Origin: Mobula birostris
Lineage: Eukaryota
Assembly (NCBI RefSeq): GCF_030028105.1
Contig: NC_092381.1
Coordinates: 46,291,474-46,355,473, forward strand
Direction of reading: 5' to 3'
DNA length: 64,000 bases
The position numbers were made by a program, and so were the translations under genes. The notes beneath the pieces were generated by a model, which was not told where the DNA came from, did not search any database, and saw nothing but the letters and a program-made list of their open reading frames with translations. Below are positions 24,039-36,280 of this stretch, one piece after another (position 1 is the first letter of the stretch; every line of letters starts with the position of its first letter).

Positions 24039-25593
24039 CAGGTTTCCCCCGCCATCCAAAGGTAGAGCGTTCCTATGAAACAGTTCGTAAGCCGGAATGT
24101 TGTAAAGTGAAAAAGCAATTACCATTTATTTATATGGGAAAAATTTGTGAGCGTTCGCAGACCCAAAAATAACCTACCAAATCATGCCAAATAACACATA
24201 GAACCTAAAATAACAGTAACGTACAGTAAAAGCAGGAATGATATGATAAATACACAGCCTATATAAAGTAGAAATACTTTTCCACAATCATTGCCTGCAC
24301 TGTTGTCCATAGCGAAAATCTCACACAAGTGCCATTGGCAAAAACATGGCGCAAGTGCTCTCAGCAGAAAATCTCACGCAAGTGCTGTTGGCAGAAACAG
24401 TCTCTCCAGTAACCTTTAAGCTATGAAGCTGCCAAATCATACCAAATAACACGTAAAAGTACACAGCCTATATAAAGTAGAAATAATGTGTGTACAGTGT
24501 AGTATCACTTACAGGAATCGGGAAGACAGCGCCGAGCACACTGATGATGGTGTGTTAGACTGAGTTGTCGGAGTTTGGGTGGTGCAGTGGCCCCCACCCT
24601 CCGGGCAGCGACCCGATACCGACCCACAAAGCATGCAGTAGTGCAGCGGTAGCTGGGAGGCACACAGCACATCTTTAAGAAAAAAGCCGAAATAAACATG
24701 CTAATTAATGCCAATTGCATCGCCTCTGATCTGAGCCGACAGTTACATGTCGGGCGGCACCTAATCAATTAGCATATTTATTTCTGCTATTTTCTTAAAG
24801 ATGTGCTGTGTGCCTCCTGGCTACTGCCGCATTCTCGGCGAATCGGTCTCTGTCCGCGGCCTGGGGGTTGGGGTGGTGGGACACTTGGGTGTCATCTCCT
24901 CGTCGTCTGTTTCCATTTGGGCAGGCAGCTCATCTCTATGACTGCCCGCCTCGATGTCGAAGGTTGAGGTTTGTCGTCTGATGTGGAAGGCTTGCTTGAC
25001 TGCTGAGCCTCGCTCATTTTTCTACAATACAGTTCTTTGTAAGCACTCAAACCATCCTGCAAATATCCTCTAAACCTACGTACCCTTTCAAAATTAAAGT
25101 ACTTTATCATTGCAGTGAAAATCTCACGCAGTTGTTTCACATTCAGTTCGCTACTGCATTCGGTTTCGATTGTTATCCTTTCCTCTTCCAATTGCATCAG
25201 CTCTTCATCTATGAGTTCTTGGTCATGGGATGCCAAAACCTCTTCGACATCATCTTCGTCAGCTTCCACAAGCCAAAGTCACGTTGTCCTTACTTCGTTC
25301 ACCATGATCAAAACGCTTAATTATGTCTAGCTTTACGCTAAGTGTAACATCCTTACGAGCTCTTTCAGGCTTTTCCGATACCTTAGAACTCATCTTGCTA
25401 ACGGCTGCTCACAGGCACATGTTTAAGCAATTCCGGCGAGAATGCCATTCCGAATCCGGGGGAGAGCGGCTGCTCGGGGCACGTGCTGCCTTTTATCGCG
25501 CGCTGATTTTTTTTTGTAAACAGGGAACTAATGTAGGTCTTTCGTAACAGTGAGGTTTTGTAAAGCGAATGTTCGAATAGCGGGGGACAGCTG
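24039..25593 (-). mobile_element. Tigger/pogo-like internally deleted transposon
   Basis: TA TSDs; TIRs CAGGTTTCCCCCGC / GCGGGGGACAGCTG; minus-strand HTH-psq start MSSKVSEKPERARKDVTLSVKLDIIKRF joined to C-terminal EDDVEEVLASHDQELIDEELMQL. Confidence 0.85.
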
Positions 25594-25785
25594 TATATGT
25601 TGTGTATATTTGCTTGTTATGTCCATACACTGTACCCACAAAGAGAACAATTATCAGCATGGAAACTAGGATTTTAATGCAAATCATTCAATTTAAAATC
25701 CCCTCCATGTTTTAATGTACAACTCGATGATGTTGAAGCTTTTGCATTCCATATATTTCAATTGACAAGTTATTCTCCTCATCAG

Positions 25786-25964
25786 GTGCACAGCAGCCTC
25801 CTGTGAAGCATGCTCTTGTCCAGTGGTTTGTTCGTATCGAGGAGATACCCAAACCAAAGCAGAAACTATTGGGGAGAGAAGCCCATCCCAATGAGATCTT
25901 CTTGTATGAAGTCGCTGACTGTGATAATCAGATCAGTGCTGAAACCCTCCTTAAGCAAGTAAAG
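25786..25964 (+). CDS. ORC1: ORC1 coding exon 3 (BAH domain)
   Basis: atcag|GT; HALVQWFVRIEEIPKPKQKLLGREAHPNEIFLYEVADCDNQISAETLLKQVK; AAG|GTAGGA; 179 nt. Confidence 0.94.
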
Positions 25965-26068
25965 GTAGGACTTGAGCTCAGAAGATAATCAGTGTGGTGT
26001 TGCATTGCCAGAAGTGCTTCATTCTCAGACCTGGTAGTAAACAACTTTAACCTGCCTTTGCACTAAGC

Positions 26069-26129
26069 CAGGGGTTCCAACATGCTTAATGGTGTTGGTC
26101 CCTGGCACAGAAAAGGTTGGGAACCCCTG
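26069..26129. mobile_element. 61-bp hAT MITE
   Basis: TIRs CAGGGGTTCCAAC / GTTGGGAACCCCTG; 8-bp TSD CACTAAGC/CACTGAGC. Confidence 0.85.
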
Positions 26130-27487
26130 CACTGAGCACTAGGTGATGAATGTAGGAGATAGCTAATTTCTTCAGTTAATCAAGTCAATTCATCCCATCC
26201 CTTTGTCCACTTTGGATTTTTTTTGTATATTTTTGCCTGATATTTGTGTCAAATAATAACTACGACACAAACTTTTTAATGGAATTACTATTTGGAATTT
26301 CCTGTTCAGACATTTTCACCTCGTAGAACTTTGATTCTGTTCAGTTGGTGGTATTGGAAAAGCTTAACTGGACAAGTCACGTTTGTTTTCATTTGTGGGA
26401 TGTCGAAATCATTTACAAAATCGGTAATTATTGCCCATTACTAATTACTCTGAACTGTGACTGCCTTTTTCATCTGTTGCCAGTCTTGTTACGAAGATTC
26501 TTCGTGTGCTGTCAGGGAGCAAGTTTCAGGATTTTGCCTAAGTGGTTTTAAGGGATCAGGGTGTATGCAAAACTCCAGAGGTTTTTGACTTGGAGGAAAA
26601 TGTGCAGGTGGTGACAGGCTGACCGTGTTCTTTTGTGGCTTCAGGAGGTGTTGGTACATTTGAGAGAGCCTTTGCGAGTTGAATGGTAGAAGGTTCAACA
26701 TAGTGTCTTGGTGATGTAGAGTGAGAACTTTTTGATGTTGGATGGGCTGGCAATCAAAGTAGCCTTTTTCTGGTTGGCATTGACCTTTCTCTATCATGAA
26801 TTGTGTTCATTCAAGGAAATGGAGAGTATTCCATTACATTCTTGCTTTCTGTCTTGCAATTGGCTAAGGTGCTGAGGGAGGCTGGGGTGGTGCAGAATGG
26901 GGAAGAGTTATTGCAAAATAACTGCCTTATATTTATGAGGCTGTTCCAATTAAATTTTCTGGTCAACCATGACCTGTAAGTGTTGATATAATGTTGGTAT
27001 TGGCAGTGCTTTTCAAAGAGAAGCATCTGTTTTCTAGTTTCAGCCCGAGTGATTATTATGCAGTTCTCTTTCTTCAGATGGGCACAGTCTGCTTTGTCAT
27101 TTGTATTGTGAGTAAAGATCAGTACTACGAACCCCGGCAAATATTACCACTTTTGATGTGGGCAAAAGGCCGCTGATGATTCAGGCAGAGGTGTTTATAA
27201 TCCATTATTGTTCATCTTTGGAGAAGCATAGGTGGGTCTTTCAAATAGGAATGGCTTTGATAATATTTTGCCTTTCACCCATGAGTGGTGGAAATCTGGA
27301 AAATCTTGGAAGTAGTCCACAAAATCTGAAGGGAGAAATATTGAGTAAATGAATGCCATTTTCAGAATGGTTGGAAGTATGCTGACATTAAACATTGGCT
27401 TTATTTCTCTTGCCAATGATGCTGCATAATCTGAAGATACTCATCATTTTCTAAATGACGGTAAAATTGTAAACTCTTTAATTTTAG

Positions 27488-27812
27488 GTATGCCAGATTG
27501 CTCCAGATGACCCATTTCCTCCATCCAATCCTGGTGAGGATATTTTCTTTGTTAAGCTGAAGTGGGATGGAAAGAATTTTGACGAGCTACCTAGAGGTGA
27601 ATTCCCGGCCACCTATTCTTTTGAGCCTATTCGTAATAATAAAAACCTGGATTCCTTGCCCGGCCGCACGCAGAAGTCTTTCCCGAGTCGCATGGATGGT
27701 AATAATGAGCCTAAAGGTGATATGGTGATGAAGACTGCTGAGTACACTTCACAAAGTAAGAAGAGTACAAAAAGCAGTAGCTCCACGGATATGAAGAATC
27801 TTTTGCAAAATG
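27488..27812 (+). CDS. ORC1: ORC1 coding exon 4 (BAH end and start of disordered linker)
   Basis: ttttag|GTA; VCQIAPDDPFPPSNPGEDIFFVKLKWDGKNF...DMKNLLQN; G|GTAGGT; 325 nt, open frame, phase 1. Confidence 0.9.
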
Positions 27813-27849
27813 GTAGGTAAGATTGCGGCTTAAGACTTGGGCCCCATAA

Positions 27850-28524
27850 TTAGATTATGAGAACATTCAGTCCTCTTTTATTGTCATTTAGAAATTCATA
27901 CATGCATTAAGAAATGATACAATGTTTTTCCAGAGTGATATCACAGAAAACAGGACAAACCAAAGACTAACACTGACAGGACCACATAATTATAACATAT
28001 AGTTCCAGCAGTGCAAAACAATACCATAATTTAATGAAGACAAACCATGGGCATGCTTAAAACAAAAGTCTCAAAAGTCCCCGAGTCGATCGACTCCCGA
28101 GTACCCGATAGCAGGCGGCAAAAGGGAGAAACTCCCTGCCATAAACCTCCAGGCACCGTCAACTTGCCGATACCTTGGAAGCAGCTGACACTGAGTCCAT
28201 CCGTCCGAAAACTTCGAGCCTCCGATCAGCCCTTCCGATGCAGCCTCCTGAGCGCCATCCTCTGCCGAGTGCCTTCCACCCTGTCCCGGCCGCTGAAACA
28301 AGCAAAGCCAAGGATTTTGGGGCCTTCTGCTCCGGAGATTCCGGTTACCACACAGTAGCAGCGGCAGCGAAGCGGGCATTTCGGAAGTTTTCCAGATGCT
28401 CCTCCATACTCTCACATCCGTCTCCATCAAATCAGGATTGTGCACGGTCCCCTACTTGACAAATAACAAATATTCATCACCGGAAAGGCCGTGCGCACTG
28501 CTGTCGCGCCACCATCTTCTCCTC
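27850..28524 (-). mobile_element. Non-autonomous retroelement, copy 1 (about 670 bp)
   Basis: Homologous to 29085-29736; 5' GAAGATGGTGGCG; 3' AATAAA plus stem-loop plus TAATCTA tail; no long ORF. Confidence 0.7.
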
Positions 28525-28653
28525 TTATGAATTTATTTGAGGAATTGGGTTCCTCTGATTCTAGTAATGAAGAATCCAAATTAATTTTTTTCTTAATTCA
28601 GCCATATCTTTTTTAACATGAAATTGATTAACAATATTTATTTTCAATTGTAG

Positions 28654-28990
28654 GTCTTAAAAATTTTTCAAAAAGAACAGAGAGAGATATTTTGTCTGAA
28701 CTCCTTGATGATGACGATGACAACGATGAAGATGATTGTCCGAGGAAATGTCATCGGGCGGAAATGAAGCCTCGAGTTGCAAAGCACAGAGTAGATTTCA
28801 GTTGCATTTCAGATAATCCTCAATCGCCTTCTAAAAGGTTACAGAGTCAGTCGAAAAATATTGTCCTTTCGCCTTTTGTAATGGTTGAAAAGGTAATGGA
28901 TAATCAATTGTCTCCTCTTCAAACTTCAAAAACGAAACAGCAGCATTCAAGTCCTCCCAGAATTAGTGGAGAAATCATTGATAGTTGCAG
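28654..28990 (+). CDS. ORC1: ORC1 coding exon 5 (disordered linker)
   Basis: tgtag|GT; contains RVDFSCISDNPQSPSKRL; AG|GTAAGT; 337 nt, phases 1 to 2 consistent. Confidence 0.88.
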
Positions 28991-29084
28991 GTAAGTTACA
29001 AAGTCGATCAATATTTATAGCACCTAATTATTTCTTGAGCAGATTGGAAAATATGCATTGATGTACATCATGCAATTATTTCAT

Positions 29085-29736
29085 TTAGATTACGAGGACA
29101 CTGAGTCCTCGTTTATTGTCATTTAGAAATGCATGCATTAAAAAAATGATACAACGTTCCTCCAGAATGATATCACAAGAAAACACAGGACAAACCAAGA
29201 CTAAAACTGACGAAACCACATAATTATAACATATAGTTACAACAGTGCAAAGCAATACCATAATTTGATAAAGAGCAGACCATGGGGACGGTAAAAAAAA
29301 GTCTCAAAGTCCTGATAGCCTCTCACACAGATGGCAGAAGGGAGAAACTCTCCCTGCCATGAACCTCCAAGCGCCGCAAACTTGCCGATGCAGCACCATT
29401 GGAAGCACCCGACCGCAGCGGACTCTGAGTCCGTCCAAAAACTTCGAGCCTCCGACACAGCCTCTCCGAGCACCATCCTCTGCTGAGTGCTTTGAGCCCG
29501 CCCCAGCCACCGAGCAACAAGCAAAGCTGAGGACTCAGGGCCTTCCCCTCTGGAGATTCTGGACCACACAGTAGCAGCAGCAGCGAAGCAGGCATTTCAG
29601 AAGTTTCACCAGATGTTTCTCCGTGCTCTTGCACTTGTCTCCATCAAGTCAGGATTGTGCACGGCACCCTACTTGACAAATAACAGACATCACCACCGAG
29701 TGGCCGCTGCGAGCTGTGTCGCGCTGCCATCTTCCC
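29085..29736 (-). mobile_element. Non-autonomous retroelement, copy 2
   Basis: 5' GAAGATGGCAGCG; 3' AATAAAC-GAGGACTCAGTGTCCTC-GTAATCTA. Confidence 0.7.
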
Positions 29737-31771
29737 TAGAAATGGCGAAGTGAAATTTTTGATGAAATTTTTTTTCATTAAATTTAAAAAAATACTGGAA
29801 GTATTCAGGTCAGGCATAAGCTGTGGCGAGAACAATAAAGTTAATGTTTTGGTTTCAGGGTTGTAGGGTAATACTGCGTGGATACAGGCCTTTCAGCCCA
29901 ACTTGTCTATTCTGATCCAGCTACCTACCTGAGGTAGGACAACTTGCCTGAAGTTGTTTCAGATCCCTCTAATCGTTCATATCCTAAACGTTATTGATCC
30001 ATAACAAAACATATTCAACCTGAAACATTTTTCTTTTCACTAATGCTGCCTGACCTGCAGAGTATTTACAACATACTGCTGCCATTAAAAATTAGTCCCC
30101 TTTGATCTTTAAACTGTTTACCTGAAGATTCTCCTGCTCCTTCAAGTTGATTTTCCCATTTCCATGATAGCAATCTTGGCAGAGAAGGAATTGGCTAAAT
30201 TACACTCACCATTTCATCTCTGAAATTTTGGACACATATTGATATATATTCATGTTTGTTTATGGAATGCATGGTGCATGATCAGTTGATAACTTCTCAA
30301 TTTATTAAGCTTCTGTTATAATTAATAAGCCTATTAAATTTGCCTTGTTTGTTTTCTCTGAAAGTTGCTGTGTGAAATTTCCGAGTCTTTGAGTAGCTGC
30401 AAGAGTGTACCAGCAACTAAGTTGCTTAGGATTTCAGCTGAAGGTTTATTGATAATATCAGCAGTGACAGCACCACCAGAAGTTTGTAGTGTCCAAATCC
30501 TCTGTTATGCTTGAATAATGCGCACACCATCTACTGATCATGTTGTGTCTGATCCTGAATTACCTTCTGAGATGCCAGTTGTGCCCGGTATTAATAGCGT
30601 GGCCCATCTATGAGAGAAGGCAGTCCTTCTGACACAAGCAGGCCTGAAGAATTTTCAACAACAGCAGCACCGTGGTGCGACTGTACCAACACATAGGTTG
30701 TTAATTTGGGTTATAAGATTAGCTTTATTTGTCACATGTACATCAAAACATACAATGAAATAAACCGCACCAGCGACCAACATAGTCCGAAATGTGCTGG
30801 AAGCAGCCTGCCAGTGTTGCCATGTTTCTGGCACCCACAAGTTACTAACCTAACCTGTAAGTCTTTGGAATTGGGAAGAAACTGACACGGTCATGAGGAG
30901 AATGTACAGATTTCTTATAGACGGCGGCAGAATTGAGTGCAGGTTGTTGGCCCTGTAATAGTGTGACACTAACTGCGGCATTACTGTGCTCCCGCTTTAG
31001 GAACACAAGAGCAAGTGATAGCTGTTTTTAGAGTCTGGGAGTTACAGTGCATTTAATGGCAGAGTCAAAGTCTAGTACAACTTGGAACTAAGCCCTTTTG
31101 CTGCACAGAATCCACAGTGACCATCAAGCAAAAATTTTCACATATCCTCCACTAATCCCATTTTATTCTCCGGGTGCCCCTTATTAATTTTCCACTGACC
31201 TACTGCACATTAGAGACATTTGAAGTGGCCAGATCCTCATATCTGTGGGGTGTGGAAGGAAACGGGAATGTATGGACAAAGCTTGTGTGGTCACAGGCAG
31301 AATACAGGGACTCCATAACAGCACAGGAACCCAGCTCAGAGACGTTTGTGAGGCAGCAGTTTTGCCGTGCTGCCCTATCCCCACCTAGCCTTACCTCGAC
31401 ATTTAGGATGACTTGCTTCCACTCCATTTGGCATTTCTGAAGAGACCGCGAAAGGAGGTGTAGGCTCTTCCACGGATTGGGTAGATGGCGGGGCTAAGTA
31501 GGTCGCTGGTGAAGGAGTCTGCCCTCTCTGCCCCTAATGTAGAGTCTCCATGTTTTCCCAGCATGGATTTGAGGTTCCCGATTCTCCTTTTCATCTCTGC
31601 AGTCATCGACAAGATTCTGAGTTCGGGGGGGGCGGGGGAGGGTTACTTTTTTCCCCCCAAGAAAAATCAGTCTTTCCTCCGACACTTGGCGATGGCTTCC
31701 TGTGGTGGAGCTTAGAATAAGCATACCTGTGTTAGGAATCTGACGTCAAGCCTGCAACAGATGTGGCCTCC

Positions 31772-32230
31772 TATCACAAACAAGAGAAAATCTGCAGATG
31801 CTAGAAATCCAAGCAGCACACACAAACAAAATGCTAGAGGAACTCAACAGGCCAGGCAGCCTCTATGGAAAAGAGTACAGTCGATGTTTCAGGCCAAAAC
31901 CCCTCAGCAGGACTGCAGAAAAATGCTGAGGTTTAGACTTTAAAGGTGAGGGAGGGGAGAGAGAAAAGCACCAGGTAATGGGTGAAGCTTAGAGGGATGA
32001 AATAAAGAGCTGGGAAGTTGATTGGTGAAAGAGACAGAAGGCCATGGAAGAAAGAAAAGGGGGGAGGAGCACCAGAGGGAGGTGATGGACGAGCAAGGAG
32101 ATAAGTTGAGAGAGAGAGAAGAGGATGGGAAATGGTGAGGGGGGTGGGTTGGAGGCATTACCGGAAGTCTGAGAGATCGATGTTCATGCCATCAGGTTGG
32201 AGGCTACCCAAACGGAATATAAGGTGTGGT
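31772..32230 (-). mobile_element. Penelope-like element 3' end (GIY-YIG C-terminus plus 3' repeat)
   Basis: Minus frame HLIFRLGSLQPDGMNIDLSDFR*; degenerate hammerhead near 31877-31915; TSD ACAGATGTGGCC/ACAGACGTGGCC (31757, 32231); sits within an old RTE fragment. Confidence 0.8.
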
Positions 32231-32424
32231 ACAGACGTGGCCGACCCAGTGGAGCTGATTATGTGTGATGTGGGCTGCAGTGAAGGGGATGTTGGTCTGA
32301 GGGAAGATGCAGAAGTTGTTTTACTTATCTTTCCAGTAGATTTTGATGGATTTGCAGACCTCATTCATGATGTTGATTTAGTGCTGCAATTCAAGATTGT
32401 TTCGTCTCATATCCAAATGAACGA

Positions 32425-34510
32425 GTGTAAAGTAGAATGAAATAATTGTAACTCCAAATCTAATGCAGCACATAAAAGAAACTCAGTAAGATAAGGAACA
32501 CAATAATTAAAAAAAAAATAAATATTATGTAATATAGCTTGTTTACATTGATTGTCCACCAGGTGGCGCTAGGTACAGGCGTGTCCATTCATAAGGCGAC
32601 TGACAGGAAATGATAAAATTAGTGGTGGTTGGGAGTGTGGAGGGGTGGGTTAGTGAGTAGAGGTGTTGATCAGCCTTACTGCTTGGGGAAGTAACTGATT
32701 AATGGATGCTATGTAGCCTCTTCCCTGTAGGGAGTGGGACAAACAGTCCATGAGCAGGGTGGACCCGTTCAAGATGGTACTGGCCCTTTTCCGACACCCT
32801 TCTGTCTTTGATAGCAGGTGCCAGTGATGCGTTGGCTGTTTTGACCACCCATTGTAGAGCTCTATAGTCCGCTGCAGTGCAGTTTCAGTGTCATGCAGTG
32901 GTGCAGCTTGTTAGGATGTTGTGTACTGGGCATCTGTAGAATGACGTGAGTACGGGTGTGAGTAGTTCAGTTCTCTTTCAGCCTTCTCAGAAAGTAAAGG
33001 CTTTGGTGAGCTTTCCTGATGGTGTTCTGGGGTCGTGAGACGTTGTGTGAGATGTGCGCTCCCAGGAATTGGAAATTGCTGGCAGTTTTCCCTCACTGTA
33101 TGTGCGGCTGATGACAAGAGGGGTGTGAGTACTGCGAGTTCTCCTGAAGTCGATAGCTATCTCCCTTGTTTTATTAACATTGAGGAAGAGGTGATCTGCC
33201 TGGCACCAGGCCTCGAGCTCTTCCATCTCGTCCCCTTAGGCCGTCTCATCGTTGTTGGTGATGAGCCTCATCATCGTGTTCTCGGTGAACTTGACAATGT
33301 GATTGCTGGGGTGTTTGGTTGTGCAGCCGAGTATGAGCAGAGTGTGCAGCAATAGGCTCAGCACAGCCCTGGGGGGCACCTGTGTGAGGATGATGGGGAG
33401 GGAGGAACGGTTGTGCACCCTGACTATCTGAAGTCCGTTGGTGAGGACGTTCCATATCTAGAAGCACATTAGACCAAGGAGTAGGAGTTCGTTCACCAAA
33501 GTCCGTGGACAATAGTGTTGAATGCTGAACTGAATCCATAAGCAGCATTCTGACTTAAAGTTAGTGTTTTCTTGGTGTGTCAGGGCCAGCTGCATGACAG
33601 ATACAATGACATCTGTCGTAGACCGGTTCTGTCGGTAAGCATCTCAGTGTGTGCCCAGTGTGGCAGGAATGGAGTTTTTGATGTGTTTCGTTACCAGCTA
33701 TTCAAAGCACTTCACGATGCATTCAGAGCTTGTCGGTGACTTTGGGCGGTAGTCGTATAGTTCTGAAAATGTGGAGTTTTTTGGTATGGGGATGACGGTG
33801 ACTGATTTGAAGGATGTGGGGACAGCAGCCTGGATGAGTGATATGTTGAAGATGTCAGTGAGTTGGTGTGCACACCCCTTGAGTTGTTGGTCTGGGATGT
33901 TGTCAGGCCCAGCCGTGTTATGGGGGTCGACTGTATGCGGAATCCTCCCCATGTATGCTGCTATTACAGACCGTGGCTACTCACCTGGGAGAGGGATAGC
34001 TTTCATGGCCGGCATTGCTTTGAAAGCCTTGAAGTGTGCATAAAAGATATTCAGAGCGTCAGGGAAGGAGGCTTCACTGGTACAGTCGCTGGTGTTCTTC
34101 CTTGTGTAGTCCGTAATGTCCTTGATGCCCAGCCACATAAGCTGGAGATCATTATCATACAGGTGATCATGAATTTTTTGTCTTAGCCCTCTTGATGCCC
34201 AAGTTGAGATTTCTCCTGACTGCTCTGAGAGCTGTTCTGTTAACAGATTTGAAGGCAGCATCCCAGGCTTTCAGTAGGGAGCACACCTCAGAATTCAGCC
34301 AGGGCTTTTGTTTTGATGTGAGGTGACCATTCCTGAGGTACCAACGTTATCTACACACTGACTCACGTAGCTGGTGACAGACAAAGCATGTTTCTTGATC
34401 TAGGTCTTCTCTGTTTGTGGTGGCCTTCTCCATCATCCAGTGGTTAGTTCAAAGCAGTCCTGAGACATAGGGATTACCTCATTAGTCCACACGATGACGG
34501 TTCTCTTGAC
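32425..34510 (-). mobile_element. Rex1/Babar-type LINE, degenerate
   Basis: Minus frames AGPDNIP...DIFNISL...DYRP...KCFE and KFTENT; 3' end shared with fragments at about 11225-11340 and 63030-63110. Confidence 0.8.
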
Positions 34511-36178
34511 TGGTTAGTCACTGCAAGTACTGGTTACAGCACAGCAATAGCTACAGCAAGCACTGGTTGTTGTGCTTTCTGTAGTTACTCCAGGTCTCCA
34601 AACGATATAGACAGCTGGGATTACTGCTACTCATGAGTTTTGTCCCGTGTTTGAAGTCTTGTTCCTCAAATACCCTTTTCAAATTGGCCATTGATTGTGG
34701 TGGTAGAGATCACCCTTGGTAGACCATATCTAGTTAAATGAGCCAGGGTTGGAGAGCGTGGCCAAGTACGGATCCAGGGTTGGGGATTAGGATCATGAGA
34801 ATGTGAAGGGACGATGGACCAGGTGTACAGAAGGTGCCCTGTACCTTCTGTGGTTGGCAGGATGCTTATCTACCCCTAAGCTTAACTCCCATGAACTGAG
34901 AAAACAAATGGCCATTCTGCCAAATACAAGTATAATTCTTACAGGTCCTTCACCACACCACATCCAGCCATAGCTTCTATTTATAATGATTCCATATTCC
35001 CCTTTATCTTGTTCATTCAGGAAACTGGCCAGGTGCTGCTTAAATATTTTTACTGTCCCTGCCTCCACTACCTCTGGCAGCTTATTCCAGATGAGCTGTG
35101 TGGAAGCAGATACTCTGTGGGGAAAAATACCCCTCAGATCCATTCTAACTCGTCTTCTCACCCTAAATCCATGTCTTCTGGTGTTAAGACACCCCTAGCA
35201 TATGAAACAGGCTCTTATTGTCTACCCTCTTATAAACCTCTATCATGTCACCTCTCGGCCTCCTTCGCTCCAGGGAAAACAGAGGTAGTATCTCCAATCT
35301 CTCCTGAAAACCCAAACCCTCCAGTCTTTTCTGCACCCTGTCTAGCCCAATCGTCGTGTAGCGACCAGAAATGAAGATAATCCTCAAAGTGCAGCCCAGC
35401 TAGTGTTTCATACAGCTGTAACAACCTTCATATTCCCATAAACATACAACGAGGACATTTGACCCATCGAGTCAGAGAGTGATATGTCGGCTCTTGGGGA
35501 AGTAAGCTGGGAGAATATCCTGCAATCTGTTGTCTCTTGTTTCTTTTTTTTCTCTCTCCGTCTGTCACCCAATTACACCAGTAGCCAATTAAGGTTTGGA
35601 TTATAGAAGGAAACTAGAGCATGCAGAGAAATTCGTGGAGTTAGAGGGGGAAGAAACAAACTCCATTTGGGTAAAAACTGGTGAGCAGAATTGAACCTGT
35701 GATGTGGTGGTTGTGAGATTGCTGCCCTACCAGCAGTGCTTCTGTGCCATCCAACGCTCGAAAAATTAGGAATTATCCTACATGCATGGGGAATCAAAGT
35801 GTGTATATGATTTAATTAACCAACAGAGAATGTAAAACACAGAAACAAGGCAAACTGGTCTATTCTAGTGTGTGCACTTCAATGGAGCCTCCTTCCATGT
35901 ATGTGTAACCTATTGTTTTCTTCAGATACACATTCGTTTTTCCTTTGTGCAGCGATACTATTTGCCCCAATTATTCTTTCTAGGCAATTCTATTATGATC
36001 AGTCTCATTAAAATACAGATGGAAATATACCCTCGGATAATTTTTATCGAATTATCACTGAGTAAAAAGCTCCTTTTTCCTCACAAAACTGTACTGTTAC
36101 CTTCTGTAGAGAGTGCCATGAAATGTTATTGAAGTCCCACCAACAGTTTAATTATATTGTTTTACTTCATTACTACAG

Positions 36179-36280
36179 GTCAAAGAGAATGAAAAGCCAG
36201 ATGGAAAATATTGGAGAGACTCCAAGGCTTCGTAGAAAGTCTGTAAGCCAGCGTACAGTTTTTCATGCGGATAACTTTGA
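36179..36280 (+). CDS. ORC1: ORC1 coding exon 6
   Basis: ctacag|G; SKRMKSQMENIGETPRLRRKSVSQRTVFHADNF (TPxRxRRKS-like basic patch); GA|GTAAGT; 102 nt. Confidence 0.85.
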
